DNA of 64,000 nucleotides from positions 15,277 through 79,276 of the forward strand of contig CAMVEL010000003.1 of assembly GCA_947166565.1 (NCBI GenBank), in the 5' to 3' direction. The DNA is from an uncultured Erysipelotrichaceae bacterium. Lineage in GTDB: Bacteria > Bacillota_I > Bacilli_A > RFN20 > CAG-826. Under the pieces are notes generated by a model. It had not been told where the DNA came from and did no database searches. It saw only the letters and a list, made by a program, of their open reading frames with translations. Positions within the stretch are counted from its first letter, which is position 1, and each line of letters starts with the position of its first letter. A program made the position numbers and the translations under genes. This document shows positions 1 through 8,859 of the stretch, piece by piece.

Positions 1-433
1 GACCCTTTATCCATCCATAATCAAGATATTGTTTTATTTCATTTATGCTTTTAAGACCGATTTCTTTTTTAAGATCTTTCTCAATTTCTTTTCTAACAGT
101 AGGATCGGAAGCGCTAAATCTATTCTTTTGACTTTGAAAAGAAACATACCTTGATAAAGCCGCGGAATCGAACGCAATTATATTCAAAGTCGCGGTTTGT
201 TCAATTAATACTCGAAGAATGGTACAAGCACTTGAAAGCAGGCCTTCTCTCATCAAAACGGCGAAAGCCCTGACGGTCAAAAAGCTTTCCACAAACAAAT
301 CAATGGCAGAAATATAACCAGAGGGTACGCATAATTCCTTGCACAGTTTTTCAATTGCACCAGGCTGTTTGGCAGCATAACTTGACATAAGGTCAAGCAT
401 AATTGATTGTTTGGTTTTCTTTTTAACGTCCAT
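1..433 (-). CDS. hypothetical protein, N-terminal part (C-terminus lies beyond the window start)
   Basis: The ATG at 433-431 on the reverse strand opens a frame that stays open to position 1 (MDVKKKTKQSIMLDLMSSYAAKQPGAIEKL...). It is absent from the ORF track because it has no stop inside the window. No motif recognised. Confidence 0.4.
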   Translation of the reverse strand, partial: MDVKKKTKQSIMLDLMSSYAAKQPGAIEKLCKELCVPSGYISAIDLFVESFLTVRAFAVLMREGLLSSACTILRVLIEQTATLNIIAFDSAALSRYVSFQSQKNRFSASDPTVRKEIEKDLKKEIGLKSINEIKQYLDYGWIKG

Positions 434-598
434 ATATCACTTGTTTATGACACTTAAAGAATAAGTCTTTGTCATATTTTTCGCTATAAAAAGCGGTTTA
501 TTCTATCCCTTAAATCAACGCCTATCTGAATGTCTTCTTGGGAGGTATATCCAAAACAAATATAGGTCCATGGCAGATTTTTGATTTTGGTTGGATGC

Positions 599-1861
599 TT
601 ATATCTTCTTCCCATATTTGGGTTCGACGAATCCTTCATCATCATCTTCGTAATCGTCATTATGGGGCCTTGCAATGAAGCTAACGGCGATTTGCCCGGC
701 TTTTGAATAATCGGGTTTCCAACCAAGTCTTATCAATTCTTCTTTGTATTTCCTCATCCATTCACGTCTTGATTCTTCAACATGGGACTTAAGGAATTCG
801 GTAACGTCCTCTATCCCGCAACGGCATTCATATATGGAATCCGCTAGTTTCTCATCGATAAGGAATATCTCACCCCTATAATATGCATATCCATAATAAT
901 CCTCGTCGACTTGATCGTCCCTTACCCTGTATTTGAGGGAAGCTGCTAAATCTAAAAATCTATCCTCGTCGCATTGATTAAACATAAGGGCAATGATTTT
1001 CTCTTTCTCCTCTTCGCTTAGTTTCTTTAAGTTGAGATTATCCCCGGAAGTGTCGGTTTCATTTTCATCCTCATCCTCGTCAACTTCCTCTTTGCCAACG
1101 AGCTCTTCGCGTAGATGCCAGATATTCACTCCCCTAATCAAGGCTTGATATATCTCTTCCTTATCATATCCGGCCATTATGAAACTCGAGATAGAGATGA
1201 AACCCCCAGATTCGCGGCTAAATTCGGCAGAATAATGGGTACCATGCTTTGCATCGTATTGTCTTACCCTATTGATAATTTCCTCGGCTTGGCTATGCGC
1301 GTTTTCCTTCTCACCAAGATAACCATCATCATCTTCAAAGTCGGAATCTCCCCCATAAGCAATAAGGGAGGTCTCCTCCTTTAGAATCTCATCCATCTTG
1401 TTGATGGTTTTCTCAATCTTCTCATACCTTTCGAGATCCCTTAAATAGGAAAGGCATTGTCTTTTCGCGTCGCGTTTCTCGTCTTTTTGCCCCATTAGCC
1501 TTTTTCTATCAAGATTATGATGGAGGTCCCTCATTTTGATGGTCCTAGCAAGATCGTTATGGGCAAGCCTTTTGATATATTCAAAATAGGTCAGTCCTTT
1601 CTCGTGGGTTAAAAAACGCAGGGCTTCCCTCTCCTCAAAGGTGAGATTCAATTCCTCCCACAAGGTCTCCAATGAATATTTGTCACTATCCTCAAGGACA
1701 TCATGAAGAAGAGAGACGATACATTCTGATTCGCTTCTTGCTTTCTCCGCTAGATGAAAGGGATGGAAGCAATAAGGGAACCCTCCCTTATCCACTTGTC
1801 CTTTATGGGCATCAAGGCAAATCTCCATGGCCCTTCTCGTTCTTTTGGTGTAATACATCAT
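599..1861 (-). CDS. HD-domain protein: a RelA/SpoT-type (small-alarmone-hydrolase-like) HD fold at the N-terminus plus a ~300-aa acidic C-terminal extension of unknown function
   Basis: 420-aa ORF. The N-terminus contains H..HP..LA and the HDVLED motif typical of the (p)ppGpp-hydrolase HD superfamily. The rest is D/E-rich with no motif. Confidence 0.65.
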   Translation of the reverse strand: MMYYTKRTRRAMEICLDAHKGQVDKGGFPYCFHPFHLAEKARSESECIVSLLHDVLEDSDKYSLETLWEELNLTFEEREALRFLTHEKGLTYFEYIKRLAHNDLARTIKMRDLHHNLDRKRLMGQKDEKRDAKRQCLSYLRDLERYEKIEKTINKMDEILKEETSLIAYGGDSDFEDDDGYLGEKENAHSQAEEIINRVRQYDAKHGTHYSAEFSRESGGFISISSFIMAGYDKEEIYQALIRGVNIWHLREELVGKEEVDEDEDENETDTSGDNLNLKKLSEEEKEKIIALMFNQCDEDRFLDLAASLKYRVRDDQVDEDYYGYAYYRGEIFLIDEKLADSIYECRCGIEDVTEFLKSHVEESRREWMRKYKEELIRLGWKPDYSKAGQIAVSFIARPHNDDYEDDDEGFVEPKYGKKI

Positions 1862-1943
1862 CTTCTTGTCCTCCTTTTATGGACGACTATATGATTCCAA
1901 AAAGAAAATAGGCGATGGTCGAATCGGTTTCGACATCACCTAT

Positions 1944-2375
1944 TCATTTGGAGAACAAGGGTTTGAGGTTTTTGCTTACCAACAATTCATCGACCTTGAA
2001 GGGGTCATATATCCTTTGTTCGACGCAATAACGGATAACGAGATCGAAGGGGTCCCTATTGAGGATATAGCCCGCGGATTTAACGAGGTGCTTGCATTCA
2101 TGGTAATCCAACTCTAGGGCGATCACGAGACGGCAGACGGTCGCTTTGGTCGGGCGTTGTTCCTTATTCGACATCAACTTGGACCAAGTCTTCCTATCGA
2201 TCATCGCTTTCTTATAAACGCTAGGATCGTCTAAGCCCTTCTCATCTATAAGACTATAAAGATAGGAATGGAATTCCTCCTTGTTGACCTTTTCCTCTAT
2301 ATATTCGTTAAGGCTTCTTTCCTTCATATCCATAATTATAAGGGCTTTTATGGGGGATAAAGAATAGAACTCCAT
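1944..2375 (-). CDS. small helix-turn-helix-type protein (putative transcriptional regulator)
   Basis: 143-aa ORF. The segment RPTKATVCRLVIALELDYHECKHLVKSAGY resembles an HTH recognition region. A hairpin GTCGAA-n5-TTCGAC lies downstream at 1918-1934. The start could instead be an internal Met. Confidence 0.45.
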   Translation of the reverse strand: MEFYSLSPIKALIIMDMKERSLNEYIEEKVNKEEFHSYLYSLIDEKGLDDPSVYKKAMIDRKTWSKLMSNKEQRPTKATVCRLVIALELDYHECKHLVKSAGYILNRDPFDLVIRYCVEQRIYDPFKVDELLVSKNLKPLFSK

Positions 2376-2539
2376 CCTATACTATTAGCAAATAGTATTT
2401 TGGGTAATTTGTTATCAAAAATAGGAAGCGGGAAATAGACAAGTTTTGGTAGTTATACTGACTATAAAGTATTATGGCCCTTAAATTTGGAATTCGTCCT
2501 TTTACGTCTTGTTTGTTAAATGTGGGAAAGATTAGGAAT

Positions 2540-2565
2540 CTCGAGGCAATGGAGCACGATGCGGG
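2540..2565 (+). repeat. cassette-boundary repeat, copy A (core TGGAGCACGATGCGGG at 2550-2565; weak left arm with CTCGAG palindrome)
   Basis: Exact match to the 16-mer found 12 times in the window, all on the + strand. It is intergenic, 70 nt from the stop of the 2636-3928 gene. Confidence 0.7.
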
Positions 2566-2635
2566 CTGTGCTTAAAAATCAAGAAATCCGACGCGCCATT
2601 CATGCCACCATCGAAATTTTAAAAAGGTGGTGCGT

Positions 2636-3928
2636 TTATCCCATCAAGCTCCGGTCAAGAAGGAAATCGAATACTGAACAAAACAGGATTCCCGTTTCGT
2701 CTACATAAGGTTTTGGCGTTGATCGATCAATGACGATTCTTCTGCGGAAATCGCTTAGTCCTCGGAAGGGACGGACTTCCCGATCCCTCTTTTCCGGGTT
2801 GGAAACGTCGAGAGCGCTTTGGATGTATATTCTTCCGAAGGGCGTGTTGACGATAAAGTCGATTTCCGTGTCGACGCGAAGGGTTTTCCCACTCTCGTCC
2901 TTGGTGAAGAACTCCACAACCCCGACATCCGGTTTGAACCCACGGGCGCAGAGCTCGTTGAAGATGATGTTCTCCATGATGTGAGTTTCTTCCTGCTGGC
3001 GGAGATTGAGCCAACAATTCCGCAGCCCAACATCGGCGCAGTAATATTTGCTCGGATATTTGAAATACCGTTTCCTCTTCACATCGTAGCGGAGCGCTTC
3101 CACGAAAAGGAAGGAATCGACCGCCCCACGAAGATAGGAAGCGATCGTGTCATCCGTTATGCTGATGCCTTTGACCGATTTCATCGTGTTGGCGATCTTT
3201 GTGGGATTGGTCAAGCTCCCGACGGAAGAACAAAGATCGAGGATCAGTTCGCGCAGCGCATCGTCACGCTCGGCGGACACATATTCCTTTATGTCCTTCA
3301 AATACGTTTCCTCGAATAACCCAGCGAGGTATTTCCTTTTCTCCTCGTCGGTATCGCACCACGCAACGGCATAAGGCATACCCCCATAGGTGAAGAATTC
3401 GTTCCAGTCGCTGCGAACATCACTGTTTTTGTATTCGTGGAATTCGCGGAAGGTCAAAGGGGCCATCTCGACGATGTCGCCGCGGTCGCGAAACACTGTC
3501 GCGATATCTTTGGAGAGCATATAGGAATTGCTGCCCGTGACGTAAACGTCGAAATCGGGTTCGTCGCAATAATCGCTCAGGACGTCGTTGAACGTGATTT
3601 CGCCTCCGGCCAAATCTGGGTTCGGAACAGGGAGGCAAAGACCGATTTCATCGATGAAAAGGTATTTCTTGCCCAAGATTCGCGCGGCTCTTTCCTCGAT
3701 TTCCTCCCCAAGTTTGATCGGATTGCGGTATTTGGCGTCCTTCTTTTTGTTCAAAGAAAACGAGATGATGGATTCAGGGGCAACGCCGCTAGAAAGCAGA
3801 TAGTCGCGGTAGATCTTGTTCAGCAAATAGGATTTGCCCGACCTTCTAAGCCCGGTGATGACCTTGATTTTTCCGTTTCCGGCTTTCCGTTTTAATTGTT
3901 CCAGGTAATGATCTCTTTTGATTTCCAT
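2636..3928 (-). CDS. AAA+ ATPase of the AAA_14/DUF4143 type (COG1373-like)
   Basis: 430-aa ORF. Walker A reads GLRRSGKSYLL near the N-terminus and Walker B is LFIDEI. The C-terminal half is typical of DUF4143 proteins. It is a paralog of 6969-8273 and 24870-26174. Confidence 0.85.
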   Translation of the reverse strand: MEIKRDHYLEQLKRKAGNGKIKVITGLRRSGKSYLLNKIYRDYLLSSGVAPESIISFSLNKKKDAKYRNPIKLGEEIEERAARILGKKYLFIDEIGLCLPVPNPDLAGGEITFNDVLSDYCDEPDFDVYVTGSNSYMLSKDIATVFRDRGDIVEMAPLTFREFHEYKNSDVRSDWNEFFTYGGMPYAVAWCDTDEEKRKYLAGLFEETYLKDIKEYVSAERDDALRELILDLCSSVGSLTNPTKIANTMKSVKGISITDDTIASYLRGAVDSFLFVEALRYDVKRKRYFKYPSKYYCADVGLRNCWLNLRQQEETHIMENIIFNELCARGFKPDVGVVEFFTKDESGKTLRVDTEIDFIVNTPFGRIYIQSALDVSNPEKRDREVRPFRGLSDFRRRIVIDRSTPKPYVDETGILFCSVFDFLLDRSLMG

Positions 3929-4176
3929 AGTCGATACTTTTGTGTATTTACACGTAACTTTCGATTATATGATACTCTTTTGCTATGCAAATAGAAATAG
4001 GCGCCTCCAAAGAAAACGGAGCGTTTGGCAACGAAGCAAAGTATGGTCAAGCCACGATATCCTTTTATTTCGTCATTTATTTCGTCACCGCATGCCTTCT
4101 TTTGAGCGGTAAGGCGCGGCAGGCAAACGAAAAAAGAATCAACAAGGCAGTCGAAGCATACGGCGGTTATTCCCAT

Positions 4177-4364
4177 ATCGTGCTTAACGATTAAAGCACT
4201 CGATGCATATCGACGGAGCACTTCACCTGAATTTTTTGTAAGAGTTTAGACTATTACTTTCAAGCAAAATAAAAACAGCGAGTTTTTGTAACCCAAATGT
4301 AACCCATAAAAATATAAACAACCGATGGCATCGAGGGAATTTGGCTTTTGGAACGCGATGCGGG
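4177..4364 (+). repeat. cassette-boundary composite repeat, copy B
   Basis: Inverse core ATCGTGCTTAA at 4177-4187. Direct repeats GTAACCC-AAAT-GTAACCC at 4288-4305. Hairpin CGATGgCATCG at 4323-4333. Core TGGAACGCGATGCGGG at 4349-4364. About 75 nt are shared with copy F. Confidence 0.75.
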
Positions 4365-4480
4365 TCGTCCAACAAAGCATTTAGAGAATGGTTTTTCCTG
4401 AAAAAGAGCAAACAACATTTTAGCCAATTTTTTTATTTATTGGCTTGTATATGGCTTTTCTAGCAATTATGGGTTAGAAT

Positions 4481-5188
4481 ATGGCCATGGAAACGACACT
4501 GGCGAAAAAACAATTATCCAAGGCGATTCAGAAGGAAGCCGGGAAACCCATCAACGACTCCTCTTTCTTCGCACGGTTAAAAAAGAAGAGGGAGGCGGGC
4601 GAGCTCGTTCGGGTAGGAAAAGGCGTCTACGCGAAGTCGAACCTCCCCGTCTTCGATTACGAGCTCTTTTCGCCATCGGCAAAGGATGTCCACGTCTTTT
4701 TGATGGGAGAGTACCTCGGAAGGATCGAGTTCGCCGTCTATGAGGTCACAATACTCAATCGTTTCCTCAATCACCTCATCGCCGGCAGCACAACCATCGT
4801 CGACGTGCCTAAGGAGTTTTGTGAGAACATCTTCTACGCACTTCAGGACCGCGGCTTCCGAAATGTCCTCCTAAACCCAACCGAGGACGAGAACTACCGC
4901 TACAACCATAACGACGGGGAAACCATCATCGTCAAGGGAACCTCATCAAGATCGCCCATAGACAAGAAGAGAGGCAAGGTCCTTCTTGAAAAGCTGCTCG
5001 TCGACATCGTTTCCGACAAAAGACTTCGCTACTTCTTTGAGGGGGCGGAGACCGGTCCGGCCGTCGAGGAGATCGTCACGAGTTATTCGCTGGACTACGC
5101 CAAGATCCGCACTTACGCCAAAAGGCGGGGGTGCTATGAGAAGCTTCTCCAATACATCCCCGAGGAGGTCCGGAGGAAATACCTATGA
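4481..5188 (+). CDS. abiEi: AbiEi-like antitoxin (type IV TA; wHTH N-terminal domain)
   Basis: 235-aa ORF. The N-terminal L..KK.EAGELVRVGKGVYA motif is typical of AbiEi. Its stop overlaps the start of the AbiEii gene (ATGA at 5185-5188). Confidence 0.65.
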   Translation: MAMETTLAKKQLSKAIQKEAGKPINDSSFFARLKKKREAGELVRVGKGVYAKSNLPVFDYELFSPSAKDVHVFLMGEYLGRIEFAVYEVTILNRFLNHLIAGSTTIVDVPKEFCENIFYALQDRGFRNVLLNPTEDENYRYNHNDGETIIVKGTSSRSPIDKKRGKVLLEKLLVDIVSDKRLRYFFEGAETGPAVEEIVTSYSLDYAKIRTYAKRRGCYEKLLQYIPEEVRRKYL

Positions 5189-6243
5189 TCGATAAGAAAA
5201 CCTACACCGACGAGAACATCCAAAGGATCGTCGTAACATACAAAGTCGACTATGAACTCGCGCAGCGGGCCGTTTTCGCCTTGGGACTTGTGGAAGCACT
5301 CGTTCGAAGCGGACTCCAGTTCACCTTCAAAGGAGGGAGTTCGGCAATGCTCCTATTCCCCGCGCCAAAGCGGTTAAGCACGGACGTCGACATCCTCGTG
5401 GAGCCAGGGACCGAAGTGGAGAAGGCAATCAAAGACGCATCCGTCATCTTCCCTTTCCTTTCCTACGAGGAATCCATCCGCAAAACGAGCAAGTCCATTT
5501 CCAAGAAACATTTCAAAATAAAATACCAATCCCCACGAACCGGATATCCCGTCAATGTCATCGTTGACGTTCTCTTCGCGGAGAATCGGTATCCAAAACG
5601 GATCGCGTTGCCGTTGAAGAATGATTTCCTAATCGATGACGGAGGAGAGCCCGTCAAGGTCAATGTCCCCTGCCCCGAATGTCTCCTCGGTGACAAGCTG
5701 ACCGCCTTCGCCCCGCATACGATCGGCATCAACTTCTTCAACGAGGATTTCAGCAACGACAAGCGCCTTGAGGTAATCAAGCAATTCTTCGACGTCGCCA
5801 CGATATTTGACGCATGCGGTGACTTTTCCTTGGTGCGAGAAACATACATTGCCACGGCCAAGGACGAAATCGCGTATCGTAGCTTATCTGCTTCCTATGA
5901 AGATTGCTTAGACGATTCCTTCCGCGCCGCTTTATGCATCCTCACGTGGGGAAAATTCGAGACCGAAGACTATCCGAATTACGTTCAGGGATTCAAAAGC
6001 ATCTCCGGTCATATCGTCGGGATGAAACTCAACCCCAACAACGCCTACCTTCCCGCGGCGAAGATCATGCTCTTATGCGCTTGCATCAAGAAGAACATCA
6101 ATCCATTCGACCTTTCTATCGAAAAACAAGCCCTCTTTGAAGAGCTGCCATATTCGATGGTCAATCGGCTAGCCAAGCAAATGCCACAAGCCTTTGACCT
6201 GGCCGCGACCGCCATTCGCATCTACAACGGTTCCGAGCAATGA
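5185..6243 (+). CDS. abiEii: AbiEii/AbiGii-family nucleotidyltransferase toxin
   Basis: 352-aa ORF with FKGGSSAMLLF...RLSTDVDILV, the nucleotidyltransferase G-S and D.D motifs of AbiEii. It is translationally coupled to the upstream AbiEi-like gene. Confidence 0.8.
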   Translation: MIDKKTYTDENIQRIVVTYKVDYELAQRAVFALGLVEALVRSGLQFTFKGGSSAMLLFPAPKRLSTDVDILVEPGTEVEKAIKDASVIFPFLSYEESIRKTSKSISKKHFKIKYQSPRTGYPVNVIVDVLFAENRYPKRIALPLKNDFLIDDGGEPVKVNVPCPECLLGDKLTAFAPHTIGINFFNEDFSNDKRLEVIKQFFDVATIFDACGDFSLVRETYIATAKDEIAYRSLSASYEDCLDDSFRAALCILTWGKFETEDYPNYVQGFKSISGHIVGMKLNPNNAYLPAAKIMLLCACIKKNINPFDLSIEKQALFEELPYSMVNRLAKQMPQAFDLAATAIRIYNGSEQ

Positions 6244-6249
6244 AGCCCC

Positions 6250-6702
6250 ATGCAGAATAACGCCTCCAAAAAAGAATTCTATTCCGTCGATGGCGGCGTT
6301 CTTTCCCTTCGCCTCATTTAAACCGTAGAAGGCAGCGAGAACGGACTCCCCTTCTATTTGTGGTCCATCGTGTAAAACGCCAGCGGCGCTACCGTCGGGA
6401 AGATCAACCTTCGCCTCGGCCATAACTACCATTCCTACTGGAACGGCAACGTCGGTAATGAGGTCGGTGAGCCTTATCGTGGCCATCATTACGCCGCCAT
6501 TGCTTTGAAGATGATCCTTCCTTTGGCCCGGGCTCATGACATGGATCATCTCATTATTTCTTGTGATGAGGACAACGCCGCTTCGTACAAGACCATCGAA
6601 CGTTGCGGCGGCCACCTTCTCGAACTCTCATATCCGCCCAAAGATTGGATTTATTGCAGGCCCGGCCTTCCTCTGAAACGAATCTATCGAATCGAGTTTT
6701 GA
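6250..6702 (+). pseudogene. GNAT-family N-acetyltransferase (COG3981-like) interrupted by two in-frame TAA stops
   Basis: A single frame reads MQNNASKKEFYSVDGGVLSLRLI*TVEGSENGLPFYLWSIV*NASGATVGKINLRLGHNYHSYWNGNVGNEVGEPYRGHHYAAIALKMILPLARAHDMDHLIISCDEDNAASYKTIERCGGHL... The TAA stops are at 6319-6321 and 6373-6375. GNAT motifs are present on both sides of the stops. Confidence 0.7.
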
Positions 6703-6786
6703 TTTCTGGGAGGCCGACCTTTCTTGTTTGGTTTTGAAGCAGCAAATGAAGCAAGAAATGAAGCAAGAAAAAATAAGTGATTATTC

Positions 6787-6863
6787 GTAGGCTGAGTGTA
6801 AGTCAAGAAAACAAAAACCCTCGATATCATCGAGTGAATTTTGACGTTGGAGCACGATGCGGG
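6787..6863 (+). repeat. cassette-boundary composite repeat, copy C
   Basis: Degenerate direct repeats GTAGGCT-GAGT-GTAAGTC at 6787-6804. An A-rich tract follows. Hairpin CTCGAT-atc-ATCGAG at 6820-6834, then GAATTTT. Core TGGAGCACGATGCGGG at 6848-6863. Confidence 0.75.
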
Positions 6864-6968
6864 AGGTTCTAATGCGTTAAATGCGTATTTACAAGATATT
6901 ACTGGTCATTTTTTTGAGTTTTTCAATTTTCCTGACCTGTTATATTGCTTTTGCGAGTTCTCCAAAAA

Positions 6969-8273
6969 TTATAACCCCAAAAGGAAATCCGTAATGCCCA
7001 CCACATAGGTTCCATCTTGATTCCGGGTTTCGGGAATCGGGTCGCCAATCACAAGGACGTTTTTCGCTTCTCCGCGCACAAAATCAAATGGCCTGAGTTC
7101 TTTCTTCAGCACATTCGGATCGGTGACGCTTTGACAAATTTGAACGTAAAGAACTTCGTACCCTTTCCTCGCCACGAAATCGATTTCGTAATCCTTGCGC
7201 ACGCTTTTCCCGTCTTTATCCTTCCCAACCGTTGGAACCATGCCGACGCTTACCTGGTACCCATTGTATAGAAGTTCGTTATAGACGGCGTTTTCCATCA
7301 GCTGTCCGATGTCGGGGAATCCGAAGTTCAGTCTTGCGTTTCTTAATCCGGTATCGGTGAAATAGTACTTTCGCCCCGCCCCGATCAAAGATCTGCCTTT
7401 CACGTCATAGCGGGAGGCTTCCGAAAGGAGGAAAGCGTCGACGAAGGAATCGATGTAACTCTCCACCGTCTTCGGATCCAGCGATGTTTTGCCTGCGCTG
7501 CGGAGAGTATTTGCGATTTTCTCAACGGTGATGATTTTCCCGACCAAAGAGGACAAGGCGTCGGCCAATTCATCCAGTGCCCAATCCTTTTGGAACCCAT
7601 GATGCTCCAAGATGTCTTTGAAATAAGTCGTTTGGTAGAGCCCTTTTAGATACTCTTCTTTTCCACTTCGTTGTTTTAGGACCGCCAAAGGCATCCCTCC
7701 GTGGAGGAGATATTCGTAAAGAGCCTCCGACTTGGCCCCGCCGACATGGGCGTAGTACTCGGAAAACGAAAGTGGCGCCACGTGGATCTGGGTCGCCTTG
7801 TCGCGGAACTGGGTGACGATGTCACTGGAGAGCATGCGGGAATTGCTTCCCGTCACGTAAAGATCGATGTTTGCGACCGAGGCAAGTCCCATGACCACGT
7901 CGACGAAGGAAATCGTCTGGGGGTCCCCCTTCTTGGCTAGGACGATCTGTCCACCGGTCAGTTCGGGGTTGACGATTTCAAAGACTCGCTGGATCTCATC
8001 TAGGACAACATAAAGAGTGTCTTGCATCCCTTTTGCCTTTTCTCTGACAAAGGTACTGAGGGTTAAGGGGTTGCGCAGATTCGCGTTGGCGTCGTCGTCT
8101 AGTTCGACAAGAAGGAATTGTTCTTTTTTCACGCCCAAAGAGATTAAATGGCTTTTAAAGATCTCCTTAAGCAAATAGGATTTGCCGCAGCGACGAATGC
8201 CGGTAACGATCTTCGGGAATCCATTTCCCATGCCCATTATTAATTGACCTAAATACTTATCGCGGGGAATCAT
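6969..8273 (-). CDS. AAA+ ATPase of the AAA_14/DUF4143 type, duplicate copy 1
   Basis: 434-aa ORF. Walker A is GIRRCGKSYLL and Walker B is VVLDEI. It differs from 24870-26174 by one residue (T vs A near the C-terminus). Confidence 0.85.
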   Translation of the reverse strand: MIPRDKYLGQLIMGMGNGFPKIVTGIRRCGKSYLLKEIFKSHLISLGVKKEQFLLVELDDDANANLRNPLTLSTFVREKAKGMQDTLYVVLDEIQRVFEIVNPELTGGQIVLAKKGDPQTISFVDVVMGLASVANIDLYVTGSNSRMLSSDIVTQFRDKATQIHVAPLSFSEYYAHVGGAKSEALYEYLLHGGMPLAVLKQRSGKEEYLKGLYQTTYFKDILEHHGFQKDWALDELADALSSLVGKIITVEKIANTLRSAGKTSLDPKTVESYIDSFVDAFLLSEASRYDVKGRSLIGAGRKYYFTDTGLRNARLNFGFPDIGQLMENAVYNELLYNGYQVSVGMVPTVGKDKDGKSVRKDYEIDFVARKGYEVLYVQICQSVTDPNVLKKELRPFDFVRGEAKNVLVIGDPIPETRNQDGTYVVGITDFLLGL

Positions 8274-8345
8274 AACTTTCTCCTTTTTTGTAGAATTCTA
8301 CATTTTTCAGGAAAATTATAATGTCGTCTCCACGCTAGCGCAACG
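7015..8345. repeat. 1.33-kb near-identical duplicated segment (partner 24916-26246)
   Basis: The sense ORF and three antisense track ORFs (84, 66 and 79 aa) translate identically in the two copies. This implies nucleotide identity at synonymous sites too. Only a GT/AC difference was seen, at 8322-8323 vs 26224-26225. Homology ends abruptly at ...CACGCTAGCGCAACG. Confidence 0.85.
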
Positions 8346-8693
8346 GATTGCCTCGGACTCGTACCATTGACGGGCCTCTAAATCATCGATTGCCAGCAAT
8401 AAACGGTAATGGGACCAGCTGGCGAAAGATTGTTTATTCGCTGTGTAAAAAATGTTTGGATACGCCTTGAAGAACCTTAAATAGTAATAGAGGTTGACTT
8501 TGTCAAAGCCCTTTCCGAATTCCTTTGATAGCTCTTTTGAGAGGGTCTCGATGATCTCAAGGCCGTAGTTCTCTTTTCTGGAATCCTTCAGTTCCTCTTC
8601 GGCGATCGTGTTTCGGTGCCCGAGTAGTTCTCGTCCACCAAACTTTTTCGCGGAATTTAAGTAGGCGATGAGTAGTCCGCACTTCCGGAAAGA
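8342..8693 (-). pseudogene. N-terminal fragment of a DUF1016 (YhcG-like) nuclease gene; the PD-(D/E)xK C-terminal half is missing
   Basis: The reverse-strand frame reads ...LIAYLNSAKKFGGRELLGHRNTIAEEELKDSRKENYGLEIIETLSKELSKEFGKGFDKVNLYYYLRFFKAYPNIFYTANKQSFASWSHYRLLLAIDDLEARQWYESEAIR. It is collinear with residues ~105-215 of the intact paralog at 8860-10110. It breaks off exactly where the duplicated ATPase segment ends (8345). Confidence 0.65.
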
Positions 8694-8721
8694 TTAGCTG
8701 GCATTGAGCAAATTGAGGATA

Positions 8722-8737
8722 TGGTTCACGATGCGTG
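8722..8737 (+). repeat. cassette-boundary repeat, copy D (variant core TGGTTCACGATGCGTG)
   Basis: Matches the core consensus TGGWNCRCGATGCGGG. It has the same orientation as the other copies and is intergenic between the DUF1016 fragment and the intact DUF1016 gene. Confidence 0.6.
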
Positions 8738-8859
8738 GAGGTATCCAACAGGGCGACACGTTTTTTGGACGGCGCCCATTCTCCTGACTCTTCCGCAGTT
8801 TTCAACAGTCTTTTTTTATGCGGAAGGAAGCCCCGCCTCATCGTTTACGAAGCCACCGC

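Noticed and set aside
6319-6375. The two in-frame TAA codons in the GNAT gene might indicate stop-codon reassignment or readthrough.
   Set aside because: TAA clearly terminates many well-supported genes in the window, for example 16815-17471, 17561-18094 and 28556-28849. A pseudogene is the simpler reading.
6744-6767. A perfect tandem duplication of the 12-mer AAATGAAGCAAG lies between the GNAT pseudogene and boundary copy C.
   Set aside because: It has only two units, is non-coding and has no obvious function. It is probably a slippage duplication.
8605-8615. ATCGTGTTTCG lies 107 nt left of core D and resembles an inverse core.
   Set aside because: It lies inside the coding frame of the DUF1016 fragment, so it cannot be distinguished from coincidence.
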